Shown here: positions 53,651 through 62,926 of the stretch, in pieces
Position numbering within the stretch: position 1 is the stretch's first letter
How the letters are laid out: every line of letters starts with the position of its first letter
Source of the DNA: Thermoleophilia bacterium
Lineage (GTDB): Bacteria > Actinomycetota > Thermoleophilia > Gaiellales > Gaiellaceae
Assembly: GCA_025929895.1 (NCBI GenBank)
Contig: JAICPI010000004.1
Coordinates: 5,490 to 69,489, forward strand
Reading direction: 5' to 3'
DNA length: 64,000 nucleotides
Translations under genes and position numbers: made by a program
The notes under the pieces: generated by a model
Database searches by the model: none
The model's input: only the letters and a program-made list of their open reading frames with translations
Told to the model about the DNA's origin: nothing

Positions 53651-54895
53651 CTAGGTCTCCAGCCGGAGCAGGTCGTCGACGGTCTCGCGGCGACGCGCGA
53701 GGCGTGCGCGGCCGTCCGCGACGAGCACGGCGGCGGGCCGCGGGACGCCGTTGTAGTTCGAGGCCATCGCGAGCGTGTACGCGCCGGACGCCGGGACCGC
53801 GAGCAGGTCGCCGCGCACCGGCTCGGGCAGCTCGACACGGTCGATCAGCACGTCGCCCGACTCGCAGTGCTTCCCCGCGATCCGGAACGTGCCGCTCGGC
53901 GGCTCGTCCGCGCGGTTCGCGAGCAGCGCCGTGTAGCGCGCACCGTAGAGCTGCGGGCGCGGGTTGTCCGACATCCCGCCGTCGATCGCCGCGTACGTGA
54001 CGGACTCGGCGCGCTTGACGAGCCCGACCCGGTAGAGGGTCACGCCCGCGGGACCGACGAGCGAGCGGCCCGGCTCGAGGATCAGCCGCGGCGCGGGCAG
54101 GCCGCTGGCGCGCCACGCCGGCTCGACCTGCTCGAGCAGCGAGCGCACGAACTCCGCCACGGGAGGAGGCGCGGGATCGTCGGGCGAGGTCCGCACGGCG
54201 AGCCCGCCGCCCAGGTCGACGACCTGCGCGACCCAGCCGAGCTCGTCGCGGCACTCCGCCGCGAACGACGCGAGCCGGTCGATCGTCTCCCGCGCCGCCT
54301 CCGCGCTCGTGAGCTGGGAGCCGATGTGCACGTGCAGGCCGAGCGGGCGCAGGCGCTCGATCGCCTCGAGCGCCTGGGTCGGCGGGAGCCCGAACTTCGA
54401 GCCGACGTGCCCCGTCCGGATCGACTCGTGCGTGTCGGCCTCGACCCCGAGCGTGACGCGCACGAGCGTCCGCTCGACGTCGGCGCGCTCGGCGCGTGGC
54501 ACCTCGTCGAGCGAGTCGACCACGACGAGCGCGCCGACCCGCGCGGCCTCCGCCAGCTCCTCGTCGTCCTTGTTGTTGCCGTGCACGACGAGCCGCTCGC
54601 CGGCGACGCCCGCCGCGAGCGCGAACCGGAGCTCGCCGAGCGTCGAGACGTCCGCCCCGAGCCCCTCCGCGGCGAGCGTCCGCAGAACCGCGACGTTCGG
54701 GAACGCCTTCGTCCCGTAGACGACCAGCGCGTCGGGGGCCGCCGCGCGGTACGCCTGCGCGCGTGCGCGAAGCGTGCGCTCGCAGAGGACGAGCAGCGGC
54801 GTGCCGTGCTCGTCCGCCAGCGCGGTCAGCCGTACGCCGCCCACGTGGATCTCGCCGTTCTCCACGCTCGTCGTGTCGGGGAAGAGCTCCGGCAT
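53651..54895 (-). CDS. lysA: diaminopimelate decarboxylase
   Basis: 414 aa. YGTKAFPN (PLP Lys region), HVHIGSQ, DLGGGL, EPGRSLVG, CESGD. Confidence 0.93.
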   Translation of the reverse strand: MPELFPDTTSVENGEIHVGGVRLTALADEHGTPLLVLCERTLRARAQAYRAAAPDALVVYGTKAFPNVAVLRTLAAEGLGADVSTLGELRFALAAGVAGERLVVHGNNKDDEELAEAARVGALVVVDSLDEVPRAERADVERTLVRVTLGVEADTHESIRTGHVGSKFGLPPTQALEAIERLRPLGLHVHIGSQLTSAEAARETIDRLASFAAECRDELGWVAQVVDLGGGLAVRTSPDDPAPPPVAEFVRSLLEQVEPAWRASGLPAPRLILEPGRSLVGPAGVTLYRVGLVKRAESVTYAAIDGGMSDNPRPQLYGARYTALLANRADEPPSGTFRIAGKHCESGDVLIDRVELPEPVRGDLLAVPASGAYTLAMASNYNGVPRPAAVLVADGRARLARRRETVDDLLRLET

Positions 54896-54913
54896 CGGCA
54901 GGATTGTCCCTGT

Positions 54914-55753
54914 ATGCGCGGTCGCTTCGTCGTCTCACTGCCCGAGCGCATCGTGCGCACCGTCGCGGCGGTGCTCGGCGGCGCCGTGCACGAGGCGGCA
55001 CAGCTCGTGCTGCCGCGACTCGTCCGTCGCTCGCGGCTGTACGAGGCGACCGCGAAGAACCTCCTGCGCGTGGCGATCGAGCTCGTCGGCCGCGTCGAGG
55101 GCTCGCCCACGATCGAGGAGACACCGTCGCGCGAGCTCGCGCTGCGGAAGGGTGCGGGCAACGTCGTCGAGCTCGGCTCGATCGCGGCCTTCGGCTTCTC
55201 GCCGCTCTGGCTGCTCGCGGGAGCGAGCGACCTCGCGCGCGGCTCGCGCGTGTACATCGAGACCCTCGTCGGCGAGCTGAAGTCGGCGGGCGTCCTCGGC
55301 GAGGAGGTCGAGGTCGGCTCGGTCGACGAGCTCCTCGGGGTGCTCGAGCGCGGCACGGGCCGCACCGCGCGGCTCGTCGACATCCCGCCGCTCGAGCTCA
55401 CCGAGCTGCGCCGCTCGCTGCGCGAGCTGCGCGAGGAGCGCGACGCGCTCCCCACGCAGGGCGAGCTCGCCTCGCTCTTCCGCGCGCTCCAGGCGGAGGC
55501 GCGTCGCGAGAACCGCTCGCTGCTCGAGGTCTCCAGCGGCGTCGGCCTGGCGTTCCTCCTCTCGGCGCGCAAAGTCGGGCGCGAGCACCTCGTGGTGCCG
55601 TACGCGGAGGACTGGCAGCCGCTCCGCCGCGAGGGCTTCGCGGACTACGCGCGCCGGGTCGCCGCGCCGTACGGGCGGGCCGTGACGGGTCACTTCGACC
55701 CGGCGCGCGAGACGCACACCGAGCGCCTGCTCGGACGGCTACGCCGTCGCTAG
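54914..55753 (+). CDS. conserved-looking hypothetical protein (N-terminal hydrophobic segment plus coiled-coil-like middle)
   Basis: 279 aa, from ATG 54914. It is the C-terminal part of the spurious 1588-aa ORF 50987..55753. High GC3. No family recognised. Confidence 0.5.
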   Translation: MRGRFVVSLPERIVRTVAAVLGGAVHEAAQLVLPRLVRRSRLYEATAKNLLRVAIELVGRVEGSPTIEETPSRELALRKGAGNVVELGSIAAFGFSPLWLLAGASDLARGSRVYIETLVGELKSAGVLGEEVEVGSVDELLGVLERGTGRTARLVDIPPLELTELRRSLRELREERDALPTQGELASLFRALQAEARRENRSLLEVSSGVGLAFLLSARKVGREHLVVPYAEDWQPLRREGFADYARRVAAPYGRAVTGHFDPARETHTERLLGRLRRR

Positions 55754-56151
55754 TGCGCCCACCAGCCCTGCTGCACGTCCGCATCGCCGGGACCCGTGTT
55801 GGGGGCGCCGATCGCGAGTAGCTCCAGCCCGTCCGGTCCGGCCTCGAGGCCGCGCATGGTGTCCTTGTGGATGCGAACCGCGTCCCAGTGCTTCAAGTCC
55901 CGGACCTCGTCCGCGAGCGCGATCCGGCCGCCCCCGCCGACGACGACGTAGACCTCCTCCTGCTGCTTGTGGTTGTGCCCGAACGGGATGCGGAAGTTCG
56001 GGGCGAGCCGGATATAGCTGACCCCCGCGTTCTCCATGTCGAGGGGGACGCGGGCCATGCGGAACTCGAGATCCGGGGAGAGGCCGAACTTCGGCGCCTG
56101 GTCCTCGACCTCGTGGAGGTTGACGTGCGTGTAGTCGCTCATGGCGTCCAT
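55750..56151 (-). CDS. cupin-domain protein
   Basis: 133 aa. GHNHKQQEEVYVVVGG...HWDAVRI is a cupin motif 1/2 pattern. An alternative start is at 56142. Confidence 0.7.
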   Translation of the reverse strand: MDAMSDYTHVNLHEVEDQAPKFGLSPDLEFRMARVPLDMENAGVSYIRLAPNFRIPFGHNHKQQEEVYVVVGGGGRIALADEVRDLKHWDAVRIHKDTMRGLEAGPDGLELLAIGAPNTGPGDADVQQGWWAH

Positions 56152-56240
56152 TGTCCACCGCTGCTACATTCCGGGCAACGATGGAGCAGCTCCTTCCCTA
56201 GCGCAGAGAGTCCACGCGGCGGTCGCCGCGGCAGCTCTCC

Positions 56241-56268
56241 ACGGCCTCGCGAGAGGCCGTTTTCATTT
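56241..56268 (+). terminator. intrinsic-terminator-like hairpin inside the leuS 5' leader (candidate attenuator)
   Basis: ACGGCCTC-gcga-GAGGCCGT (8 bp) is followed by TTTCATTT. The leuS SD GGAGA (56271-75) and ATG 56281 follow. Confidence 0.45.
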
Positions 56269-56280
56269 CCGGAGACGACG

Positions 56281-58689
56281 ATGGACACGTACGACCCGCA
56301 GGCAATCGAGGCGAAGTGGCAGGAGGTCTGGGCGGCCGAGCGCGCCTCCGAGGCCTCGGACGAGCGCGTGCGGCCGAAGTCGTACGTGCTCGAGCAGCTC
56401 CCGTACCCGTCCGGCTCGCTGCACCTCGGCCACATGCTCGTCTACACGATCGGCGACGTCGCGACCCACTTCCGCCGTCGGAACGGCTTCAACGTGCTCC
56501 ACCCGATGGGCTGGGACGCGTTCGGGCTGCCGGCGGAGAACGCGGCCATCCGTGCGGGCGGACACCCGCGCGAAACCACCGAGCGCAGCATCGAGAACAT
56601 CCGCGCGTCGATGAAGCGGATCGGCTGGTGGATCGACTGGTCGCGGGAACTGACGACGCACGACCCGTCGTACTACCGCTGGCAGCAGTGGCAGTTCCTG
56701 CGCTTCCTCGAGCGCGGGCTGGCGTACCGCAAGGGTGCCCACGTCAAGTGGTGTCCGAAGGATCAGACCGTGGTCGCGAACGAGCAGGTGCTCCCCGACG
56801 GGACCTGCGAGCGCTGCGGAACGCTCGTCGAGTCGCGCGTGATGGAGCAGTGGTTCTTCCGGATCACCGACTACGCGCAGGCGCTGCTCGACGACCTGGA
56901 GACGGTCGACTGGCCGGAGTCGATCAAGGCGCGTCAGCGCAACTGGATCGGCCGCTCCGACGGCGCCGAGCTCGCCTTCCGGATCGAAGAGTGGGGCGAG
57001 GACGTCGCGGTCTTCACGACGCGGCCCGACACGCTCTACGGCGCGACGTTCTTCGTGCTCGCACCGGAGCACGAGCTGGTCTCGCGGATCGACTCGGAGG
57101 AGGTGCAGGAGTACGTGCGCCGCTCGGCGGTCAAGAAGACCGAGGAACGCGCGGCGGCGGAGCAGAAGACCGGCGTCTTCACGGGCTTGCACGCGATCAA
57201 CCCCGTCAACGACGAGCGGATCCCGATCTACGTCGCGGACTACGTGCTCACCGACTACGGCACGGGCGCGATCATGGCCGTGCCCGCGCACGACCGGCGC
57301 GACTTCGACTTCGCGCGCGCGTTCGACCTGCCGGTTCGCCAGGTCGTGCGACCACCCGACGGCGACGTCGACGAGAGCGAGCCGTACGTCGCGCACACCG
57401 AGGGCGAGGTGCTCGTCGACTCCGGAGAGTTCGACGGCCTGCCGGCACCGGAGGGCGGGCGCCGGATCGTCGAGCGGCTGCGGCAGAACGGACGTGGCGG
57501 CCCGACCGTCAACTTCCGCCTGCGCGACTGGGGCTTCTCCCGGCAGCGCTACTGGGGCTGCCCGATCCCGATCGTCTACTGCGACGACTGCGGGATCGTC
57601 CCCGTCCCCGACGACGAGCTGCCGGTCGTCCTGCCCGACATCGAGGACTACAAGCCGCAGGGTCGTCCGCCGCTCGCGCAGGCGGAGGACTGGGTGAACG
57701 TCCCGTGCCCGTCGTGCGGCGGAGCGGGGAAGCGCGAGACGGAGACGATGGACACGTTCGTCGACTCCTCGTGGTACTTCCTGCGCTACTGCGACCCGAG
57801 GAACGACACCGAGCCCTTCGACCGCGCGCTCGTCGACTACTGGAACCCCGTCGACCTCTACATCGGCGGCGTCGATCACGCGACGATGCACATGATCTAC
57901 GCGCGCTTCTGGGTCAAGGTCCTGAACGATCTCGGCTACGTCGGCTTCCGCGAGCCGTTCGCGAGCTTCTACTCGAACGGCTGGGTCACGAGCGGCAAGA
58001 CGAAGATCTCGAAGCGCTCCGGGAAGACGCCCGGGCCCGATGAGTTCGTCGAGCGGCTCGGCGCCGACGCCGTCCGCCTCTGCATCCTCTTCCTCGGGCC
58101 CGCGAACGAGGACATGGAGTGGACCGACGAGGCGGCCGAGGGCATGGCGCGCTTCGTGCGACGCCTCTGGCGCGTGGTCAACGAGGTCGCGGAGGGGGCG
58201 CCGTCCGGGGCGCCGGAGAACGGGGCGCTCGCGCGCAAGGCGCACGCGACGATCGCCAAGGCGACCGACGACATCGGCCGTCGGTTCGCGTTCAACACGG
58301 CGATCTCCGCGGTGATGGAGCTCGTCAACGAGCTCTCCCGCCAGCCGACCGGGCCGGACTCGCGTTTCGCCGCCGAGACGGCGGTGTCGCTGATCCAGCC
58401 GTACGCGCCGCACGTGGCCGAGGAGCTGTGGCAGCGGCTCGGGCGCGAGCGGCTCTGGGAAGAGCCGTGGCCGCAGGCGGATGCCGCGCTGCTCGAGCGC
58501 TCGACGTTCGAGCTCGTCGTGCAGGTCAACGGGCGGGTTCGCGATCGGCTCGAGGTGGACGCCGGGCTCGCGGAGGAGGAGCTCGTCGCCGCCGCGAAGG
58601 GCTCGCCCCGCGTCCAGGCGCACCTGAACGGCGAAGAGCCGCGGCAGACGATCGTCGTGCCGCGCAAGCTCGTCAACTTCGTCGTCTAG
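56281..58689 (+). CDS. leuS: leucyl-tRNA synthetase
   Basis: 802 aa, from ATG 56281. PYPSGSLHLGH (HIGH), WDAFGLPAEN. The KMSKS-type loop reads KISKRSGK. Confidence 0.97.
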   Translation: MDTYDPQAIEAKWQEVWAAERASEASDERVRPKSYVLEQLPYPSGSLHLGHMLVYTIGDVATHFRRRNGFNVLHPMGWDAFGLPAENAAIRAGGHPRETTERSIENIRASMKRIGWWIDWSRELTTHDPSYYRWQQWQFLRFLERGLAYRKGAHVKWCPKDQTVVANEQVLPDGTCERCGTLVESRVMEQWFFRITDYAQALLDDLETVDWPESIKARQRNWIGRSDGAELAFRIEEWGEDVAVFTTRPDTLYGATFFVLAPEHELVSRIDSEEVQEYVRRSAVKKTEERAAAEQKTGVFTGLHAINPVNDERIPIYVADYVLTDYGTGAIMAVPAHDRRDFDFARAFDLPVRQVVRPPDGDVDESEPYVAHTEGEVLVDSGEFDGLPAPEGGRRIVERLRQNGRGGPTVNFRLRDWGFSRQRYWGCPIPIVYCDDCGIVPVPDDELPVVLPDIEDYKPQGRPPLAQAEDWVNVPCPSCGGAGKRETETMDTFVDSSWYFLRYCDPRNDTEPFDRALVDYWNPVDLYIGGVDHATMHMIYARFWVKVLNDLGYVGFREPFASFYSNGWVTSGKTKISKRSGKTPGPDEFVERLGADAVRLCILFLGPANEDMEWTDEAAEGMARFVRRLWRVVNEVAEGAPSGAPENGALARKAHATIAKATDDIGRRFAFNTAISAVMELVNELSRQPTGPDSRFAAETAVSLIQPYAPHVAEELWQRLGRERLWEEPWPQADAALLERSTFELVVQVNGRVRDRLEVDAGLAEEELVAAAKGSPRVQAHLNGEEPRQTIVVPRKLVNFVV

Positions 58690-58760
58690 GGACGAATCGC
58701 CACGAAGTCGGCACGAAGCCGACTCACGCCCGTGACGGTTTCGCGGGCACGGTTGGACGC

Positions 58761-59330
58761 GTGCCCGAGCTCTCGGTTTCCCGCCCGCGCGCGCTCGCAG
58801 CAGCGGCGCTCCTGCTCGTCGTGCTGCTGGTGGCGGGGCGGTTCCTCGCCGGAGCCGGCGCGGCCTCGGCACCCGAGCCCGACGTGGTCGCCGAGGCGAT
58901 CCACGCCGAGCCGCCGCCGCCGGTGGTGGTGCACGTCGTCGGCGCGGTGCGCCGGCCCGGCCTCTACCGGCTGAAGCGGGGCGAGCGGGTGGCCGACGCG
59001 GTCGAGCGGGCCGGCGGGGCGGCGGGCGACGCCGAGCTCGGCCTGATCAACCTGGCGGCACCGCTCGCCGACGGGCAGCAGGTGGTGGTGCCCGCGCGCG
59101 GGCCAGAGGGGGTCGGAGCGCCCGACGCCGCGGCGGGCGGTCGCGTCTCGCTCAGCAGTGCGACCCTCGAGCAGCTCGACGAGCTTCCCGGCGTCGGGCC
59201 GGTGACCGCGCAGAAGATCGTCGACTACCGCGAGCGCCACGGCGCGTTCGGCTCCGTGCGCGAGCTCGACGCGATTCCGGGAATCGGGCCGGCGCGCATC
59301 GCACAGCTCGAGGATCTGGTCGTGCCGTGA
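58761..59330 (+). CDS. comEA: ComEA-family DNA-binding competence protein (SLBB plus helix-hairpin-helix)
   Basis: 189 aa, from GTG 58761. TM anchor. VHVVGAVRRPGLYRL (SLBB). LPGVGPVTAQKIVDYRERHGAFGSVRELDAIPGIGPA (HhH). Confidence 0.85.
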   Translation: MPELSVSRPRALAAAALLLVVLLVAGRFLAGAGAASAPEPDVVAEAIHAEPPPPVVVHVVGAVRRPGLYRLKRGERVADAVERAGGAAGDAELGLINLAAPLADGQQVVVPARGPEGVGAPDAAAGGRVSLSSATLEQLDELPGVGPVTAQKIVDYRERHGAFGSVRELDAIPGIGPARIAQLEDLVVP

Positions 59331-61606
59331 GCGGGCTGCTCGAGCGCTGGACCGCGCACCTGCTCGCGGCCTCGCTCGTGGCCGGGCTCGCCGCGGCGAA
59401 CCTCGGGCGAGGATCGGCGGTCGTCTTCGCCGCCGCCGCCTTCGTCGTCGCGCTCGGCGGCGCGGCCCTGCCGCTCGACGCCCGCGCGCGGCTCGCGGCG
59501 TTCGCCGTCGCGCTCGCGCTCGCGGGCTGGTGGTTGGGGAGCTCGCGACTCGACGCGCTCGACCGCAGCGTCCTCGCCCACCAGGTCGGCGCGGGAGGAG
59601 AGGCGGTCGTCGTCGTGACGGCTCCCGCGCGCCACTCGCCGTTCGAGGTTCGCGTCCCCGCGCGGGTGGTCCAGTTCCGCGGGCGCGACGTGTCCGAGCC
59701 CGTGCACCTCGAGCTGCCGCCCGGACGAGCGCCTCCGCAGGGCGCCAGGCTCGCGCTCTTCGCCGTCGTCGACCTGCCCGAGCAGGACGACGAGTTCGAC
59801 GAGCTCGCGTGGCTGCGCCTCCGGGGCGTGCACGTGGTCCTGCGTGCCCGCGGCTGGCGGATCGTCGGCGCGCGCGGCGGGATCGGCGGTCTCGCCGATC
59901 GGCTCCGGCGTGCGCTCGTGCGCGGCCTCGCGGGTCTCGAGGGCGAGCGCAGAGCCGTGCTCGCGGGCGTCGTGCTGGGCGAGGACGAGGGTCTCGACGA
60001 GGGGCTCCGCGACGCCTTCCGCGCCTCGGGCCTGTACCACCTCCTGGCCGTGTCCGGCCAGAACGTCGCGCTGCTCGCGGGCGGGATCATGTCGCTGGCG
60101 TGGCTGTTCGGCGTCTCGCGCCGGGTCGCGGAGGTCTCGATCGTCGCGGCGGTTGCCGCCTACGTGCTGGCGGTCGGCTGGCAGCCGTCCGTGGTGCGCG
60201 CCGGCGTCGCAGGCGGCCTCGCGGCGATCGCCTGGCTCAGCGCACGGGAGCGCGACCGCTGGTGGCTCCTGCTCGCGGGCGCGATCGTCCTGCTCGCGTG
60301 GAACCCCTACACCGTGCGGGAGCCCGGGTTCCAGCTCTCGTTCGGAGCCGTCACCGCGATCTTCGTCGGCGCGCCGCGCCTCGTCCGCTTCCTCGAGGGC
60401 TATCCGGTCCCGCGGAGCCTCGCGATCGTCGTCGCGGTCTCGACGGCCTGCGGGGTCGCGACCGCGCCGATCCTCTGGCTGCACTTCGGGGCGATCCCGG
60501 TCTACTCGGTCGTCGCCAACGCGCTCGCGGCACCCGTCGTCGGCGCGCTCCTCGCGCTCGCGCTCGTCGCAGCCGTCCTCGCCCCGCTCGCGCCGTCTGC
60601 CGCGCTCGCGCTCGCGTGGGTCGACGGCTGGCTGGCCGCGTACCTGATCGCCTGCGCCCGCGGCGTCGCCCGCCTCCCGTTCGCGCAGCTGACCTCGACG
60701 CGTGCGCTGCTCGTCGTCGCCGGCGCGGCGCTCGCGGTCGCGGTCTTCGCGCGGCTGCGCGCCCCGCGACCGCCGCGTTCGCTCGTGCTCGCGTTGACGT
60801 GCGCGATCGCCGTCTCCGGGTGGATGCTCGCGCGGCGTCCGACCCCGCCTCCGCCGCCGAACGGCCTCCGCGTCACGTTCCTGGACGTCGGGCAGGGCGA
60901 CGGCGTCCTGGTCGAGGCACCGGGCGTCCGCGTCCTGGTCGACCAGGGACCGCCGGAGGCACGCGTCGCGGCGCAGCTCTCTCGGCTCGGGATCTCGCGG
61001 CTGACGGCGCTCGTCCTCACGCATCCGCAGCGCGACCACGTCGGCGGGGCCGCGGACGTCCTGCGGAAGCTGAAGGTGGGCTTCGTGCTCGACCCACGCC
61101 TTCGCACCGGCGGGCCGGAGCAGGCCGAGGCGCTCGCCGCGGCCCGCGCCCGGGCGGTGCGCGTGGTCGCCGCCCGGGCGGGGCTCGCGTTCCGTCTCGG
61201 CCGGCTGCGGCTCGCCGTCCTCTGGCCCGACGGGCCGGGCTACTCCGGCGAGGATCCGAACCTGCGAGCCACCGTGCTGCTCGCGACCTACGGGGAGGTC
61301 GACGTGCTGCTGACGGCCGACGCCGAGTCGCCCGTCACACTCGCGCTCCCACCGCCGCGGGTCGAAGTGCTGAAGGTCGCGCACCACGGCTCGGCCGACG
61401 ACGGTCTCGACGAGCTGCTCGAGGAGACGCGGCCGGACGTGGCCGTCGTCTCGGTCGGGCTCGGCAATTCCTACGGGCACCCCGCACCCTCGACGCTCCG
61501 CACGCTCGACCGGGCTCCCGGGCTGCGCGTCTACCGAACCGACCTCGACGGCCGGGTCGTGGTCGAGTCCGACGGCCGGCGCGTCTGGGTCCGGTCGGAG
61601 CGCTGA
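59327..61606 (+). CDS. comEC: ComEC/Rec2 DNA internalisation channel with a C-terminal metallo-beta-lactamase domain
   Basis: 759 aa. Polytopic competence domain (SGLYHLLAVSGQNV) and MBL motifs (FLDVGQGDG, THPQRDHVGG, KVAHHGS). GTGA overlap with comEA. Confidence 0.9.
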   Translation: MSGLLERWTAHLLAASLVAGLAAANLGRGSAVVFAAAAFVVALGGAALPLDARARLAAFAVALALAGWWLGSSRLDALDRSVLAHQVGAGGEAVVVVTAPARHSPFEVRVPARVVQFRGRDVSEPVHLELPPGRAPPQGARLALFAVVDLPEQDDEFDELAWLRLRGVHVVLRARGWRIVGARGGIGGLADRLRRALVRGLAGLEGERRAVLAGVVLGEDEGLDEGLRDAFRASGLYHLLAVSGQNVALLAGGIMSLAWLFGVSRRVAEVSIVAAVAAYVLAVGWQPSVVRAGVAGGLAAIAWLSARERDRWWLLLAGAIVLLAWNPYTVREPGFQLSFGAVTAIFVGAPRLVRFLEGYPVPRSLAIVVAVSTACGVATAPILWLHFGAIPVYSVVANALAAPVVGALLALALVAAVLAPLAPSAALALAWVDGWLAAYLIACARGVARLPFAQLTSTRALLVVAGAALAVAVFARLRAPRPPRSLVLALTCAIAVSGWMLARRPTPPPPPNGLRVTFLDVGQGDGVLVEAPGVRVLVDQGPPEARVAAQLSRLGISRLTALVLTHPQRDHVGGAADVLRKLKVGFVLDPRLRTGGPEQAEALAAARARAVRVVAARAGLAFRLGRLRLAVLWPDGPGYSGEDPNLRATVLLATYGEVDVLLTADAESPVTLALPPPRVEVLKVAHHGSADDGLDELLEETRPDVAVVSVGLGNSYGHPAPSTLRTLDRAPGLRVYRTDLDGRVVVESDGRRVWVRSER

Positions 61607-61619
61607 GTAGGCTTGCCAC

Positions 61620-62600
61620 GTGGCCGACGACCTGAAGGCGGTCTACCTCCTCACCGGTTCCGACCGGCCGAAGATCGAGCGCGCGCTCCGACGCCTGCGC
61701 GACCGCTACCCGGACGACTCGGTCGAGCGCCTGCACGCAGCCGAGACGTCGGGCGCGGACGCCGTCGCGGCCTGCAACTCGCTCGGTCTCTTCGGCGGCG
61801 AGCGGCTGGTCGTCGTCGAGTCCGTCGAGCGCTGGAAGGCGGACGACGTGAAGACCGTCGCTGCGTACGCCGCCGACCCCGCCCCCGGCGCGCGCCTCGC
61901 GCTCGTCGCCGACGGGCTGCGCAAGGACTCGGCGCTGACGAAGGCGGTCGCCAAGGGCGGCGAGGTGCTCCTCTACGACGTCGACCGCAAGAAGGTGGTC
62001 GAGTGGGTCGTCCAGCAGTTCGCCGGGCACGGCGCCAAGGTCGACCGCGAGCTCGCGCGCGCGCTGCTCGACGCGGTCGTTCCCGACGGACAGGACGCGG
62101 ACCTCCATCACCTCGCGAACGAGATCGCGAAGCTCTCGACGTGGGCGGGGGGCGAGGCGCTCGCGTGGGAGGCGATCCGCGAGCTCGTCGTCCCGTTCGG
62201 AGACGTTCCGTCCTTCGCGCTCACCGATGCGTGGGGCCGACGCGATGTCGCCGGCGCCCTGCTCGCCGCAGAGACGACGTTCGAACGCGAGGCCTCGCCC
62301 CGCCGCGACGTCGCCCCGCGCCTCGTCGGCGCGCTCGGCCGGCACCTCGTGCGGCTCCAGGAGTGCAGCCGCCTGCTGGCGGAGGGACATTCGTCCTCTG
62401 AGATCGCCTCGCGCCTGAAGCGGCACCCGTACTACGTGCAGAAGCTCGTGCGACAGGCGGACGCCTTCGGCGACGACGACCTCCGCGACGCCGCGGTCCG
62501 GCTCGCCGAGCTCGACCACGCGCTCAAGGGCGGGTCGCGCCTCGCCGCCGACCTCGAGGTCGAGCGAGCGCTCGTCGACCTGGCGGGTCGCGCGGCCTAG
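61620..62600 (+). CDS. holA: DNA polymerase III delta subunit
   Basis: 326 aa. Position downstream of comEC is canonical. YLLTGSDRPKIERAL...SLGLFGGERLVVV is an N-terminal delta pattern. Confidence 0.8.
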   Translation: MADDLKAVYLLTGSDRPKIERALRRLRDRYPDDSVERLHAAETSGADAVAACNSLGLFGGERLVVVESVERWKADDVKTVAAYAADPAPGARLALVADGLRKDSALTKAVAKGGEVLLYDVDRKKVVEWVVQQFAGHGAKVDRELARALLDAVVPDGQDADLHHLANEIAKLSTWAGGEALAWEAIRELVVPFGDVPSFALTDAWGRRDVAGALLAAETTFEREASPRRDVAPRLVGALGRHLVRLQECSRLLAEGHSSSEIASRLKRHPYYVQKLVRQADAFGDDDLRDAAVRLAELDHALKGGSRLAADLEVERALVDLAGRAA

Positions 62601-62863
62601 GAGTCGGAGGAGCCGCCGCCGGACACGATCCGCGAGGCCTGCGACTTCTTGCGCGCAGCGGCGTTCCGGTGGAGCGCGCCGCGGGCAGCGGCGCGGTCGA
62701 TCACCCGCACGAGCTCGCGGTGCTCCTCGTCGGCCTTGCCCTCCTGCGCCGCGCGCTCGAGCCGGCGTGTGAGCGTCTTGATCGTCGAGCGATAGCGCAG
62801 GTTCTCGAGCCGCTGACGGGCGGCGGTGCCGACGCGCTTCTTCTGCTGCTTGATGTTCGCCAT
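62597..62863 (-). CDS. rpsT: 30S ribosomal protein S20
   Basis: 88 aa, from ATG 62863: MANIKQQKKRVGTAARQRLENLRYRSTIKT... Confidence 0.95.
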   Translation of the reverse strand: MANIKQQKKRVGTAARQRLENLRYRSTIKTLTRRLERAAQEGKADEEHRELVRVIDRAAARGALHRNAAARKKSQASRIVSGGGSSDS

Positions 62864-62914
62864 GGCGTGAAAAGGCCCGCTGAGCGGGCGGCAGGATGGT
62901 AGCAAGCGCCCTCG

Positions 62915-62920
62915 TATAGT
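62915..62920 (+). promoter_or_regulatory. -10-like TATAGT placed for a leaderless murJ transcript
   Basis: TATAGT ends 6 nt before the G of the murJ GTG (62927). There is no SD between them. Confidence 0.35.
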
Positions 62921-62926
62921 TGCCGC

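Noticed and set aside
56152-56280. A T-box riboswitch upstream of leuS.
   Set aside because: There is no T-box sequence (AGGGTGGTACCGCG-like) and no recognisable Stem I/specifier architecture. The leader (~128 nt at most) is too short. It is kept only as a generic attenuator candidate.
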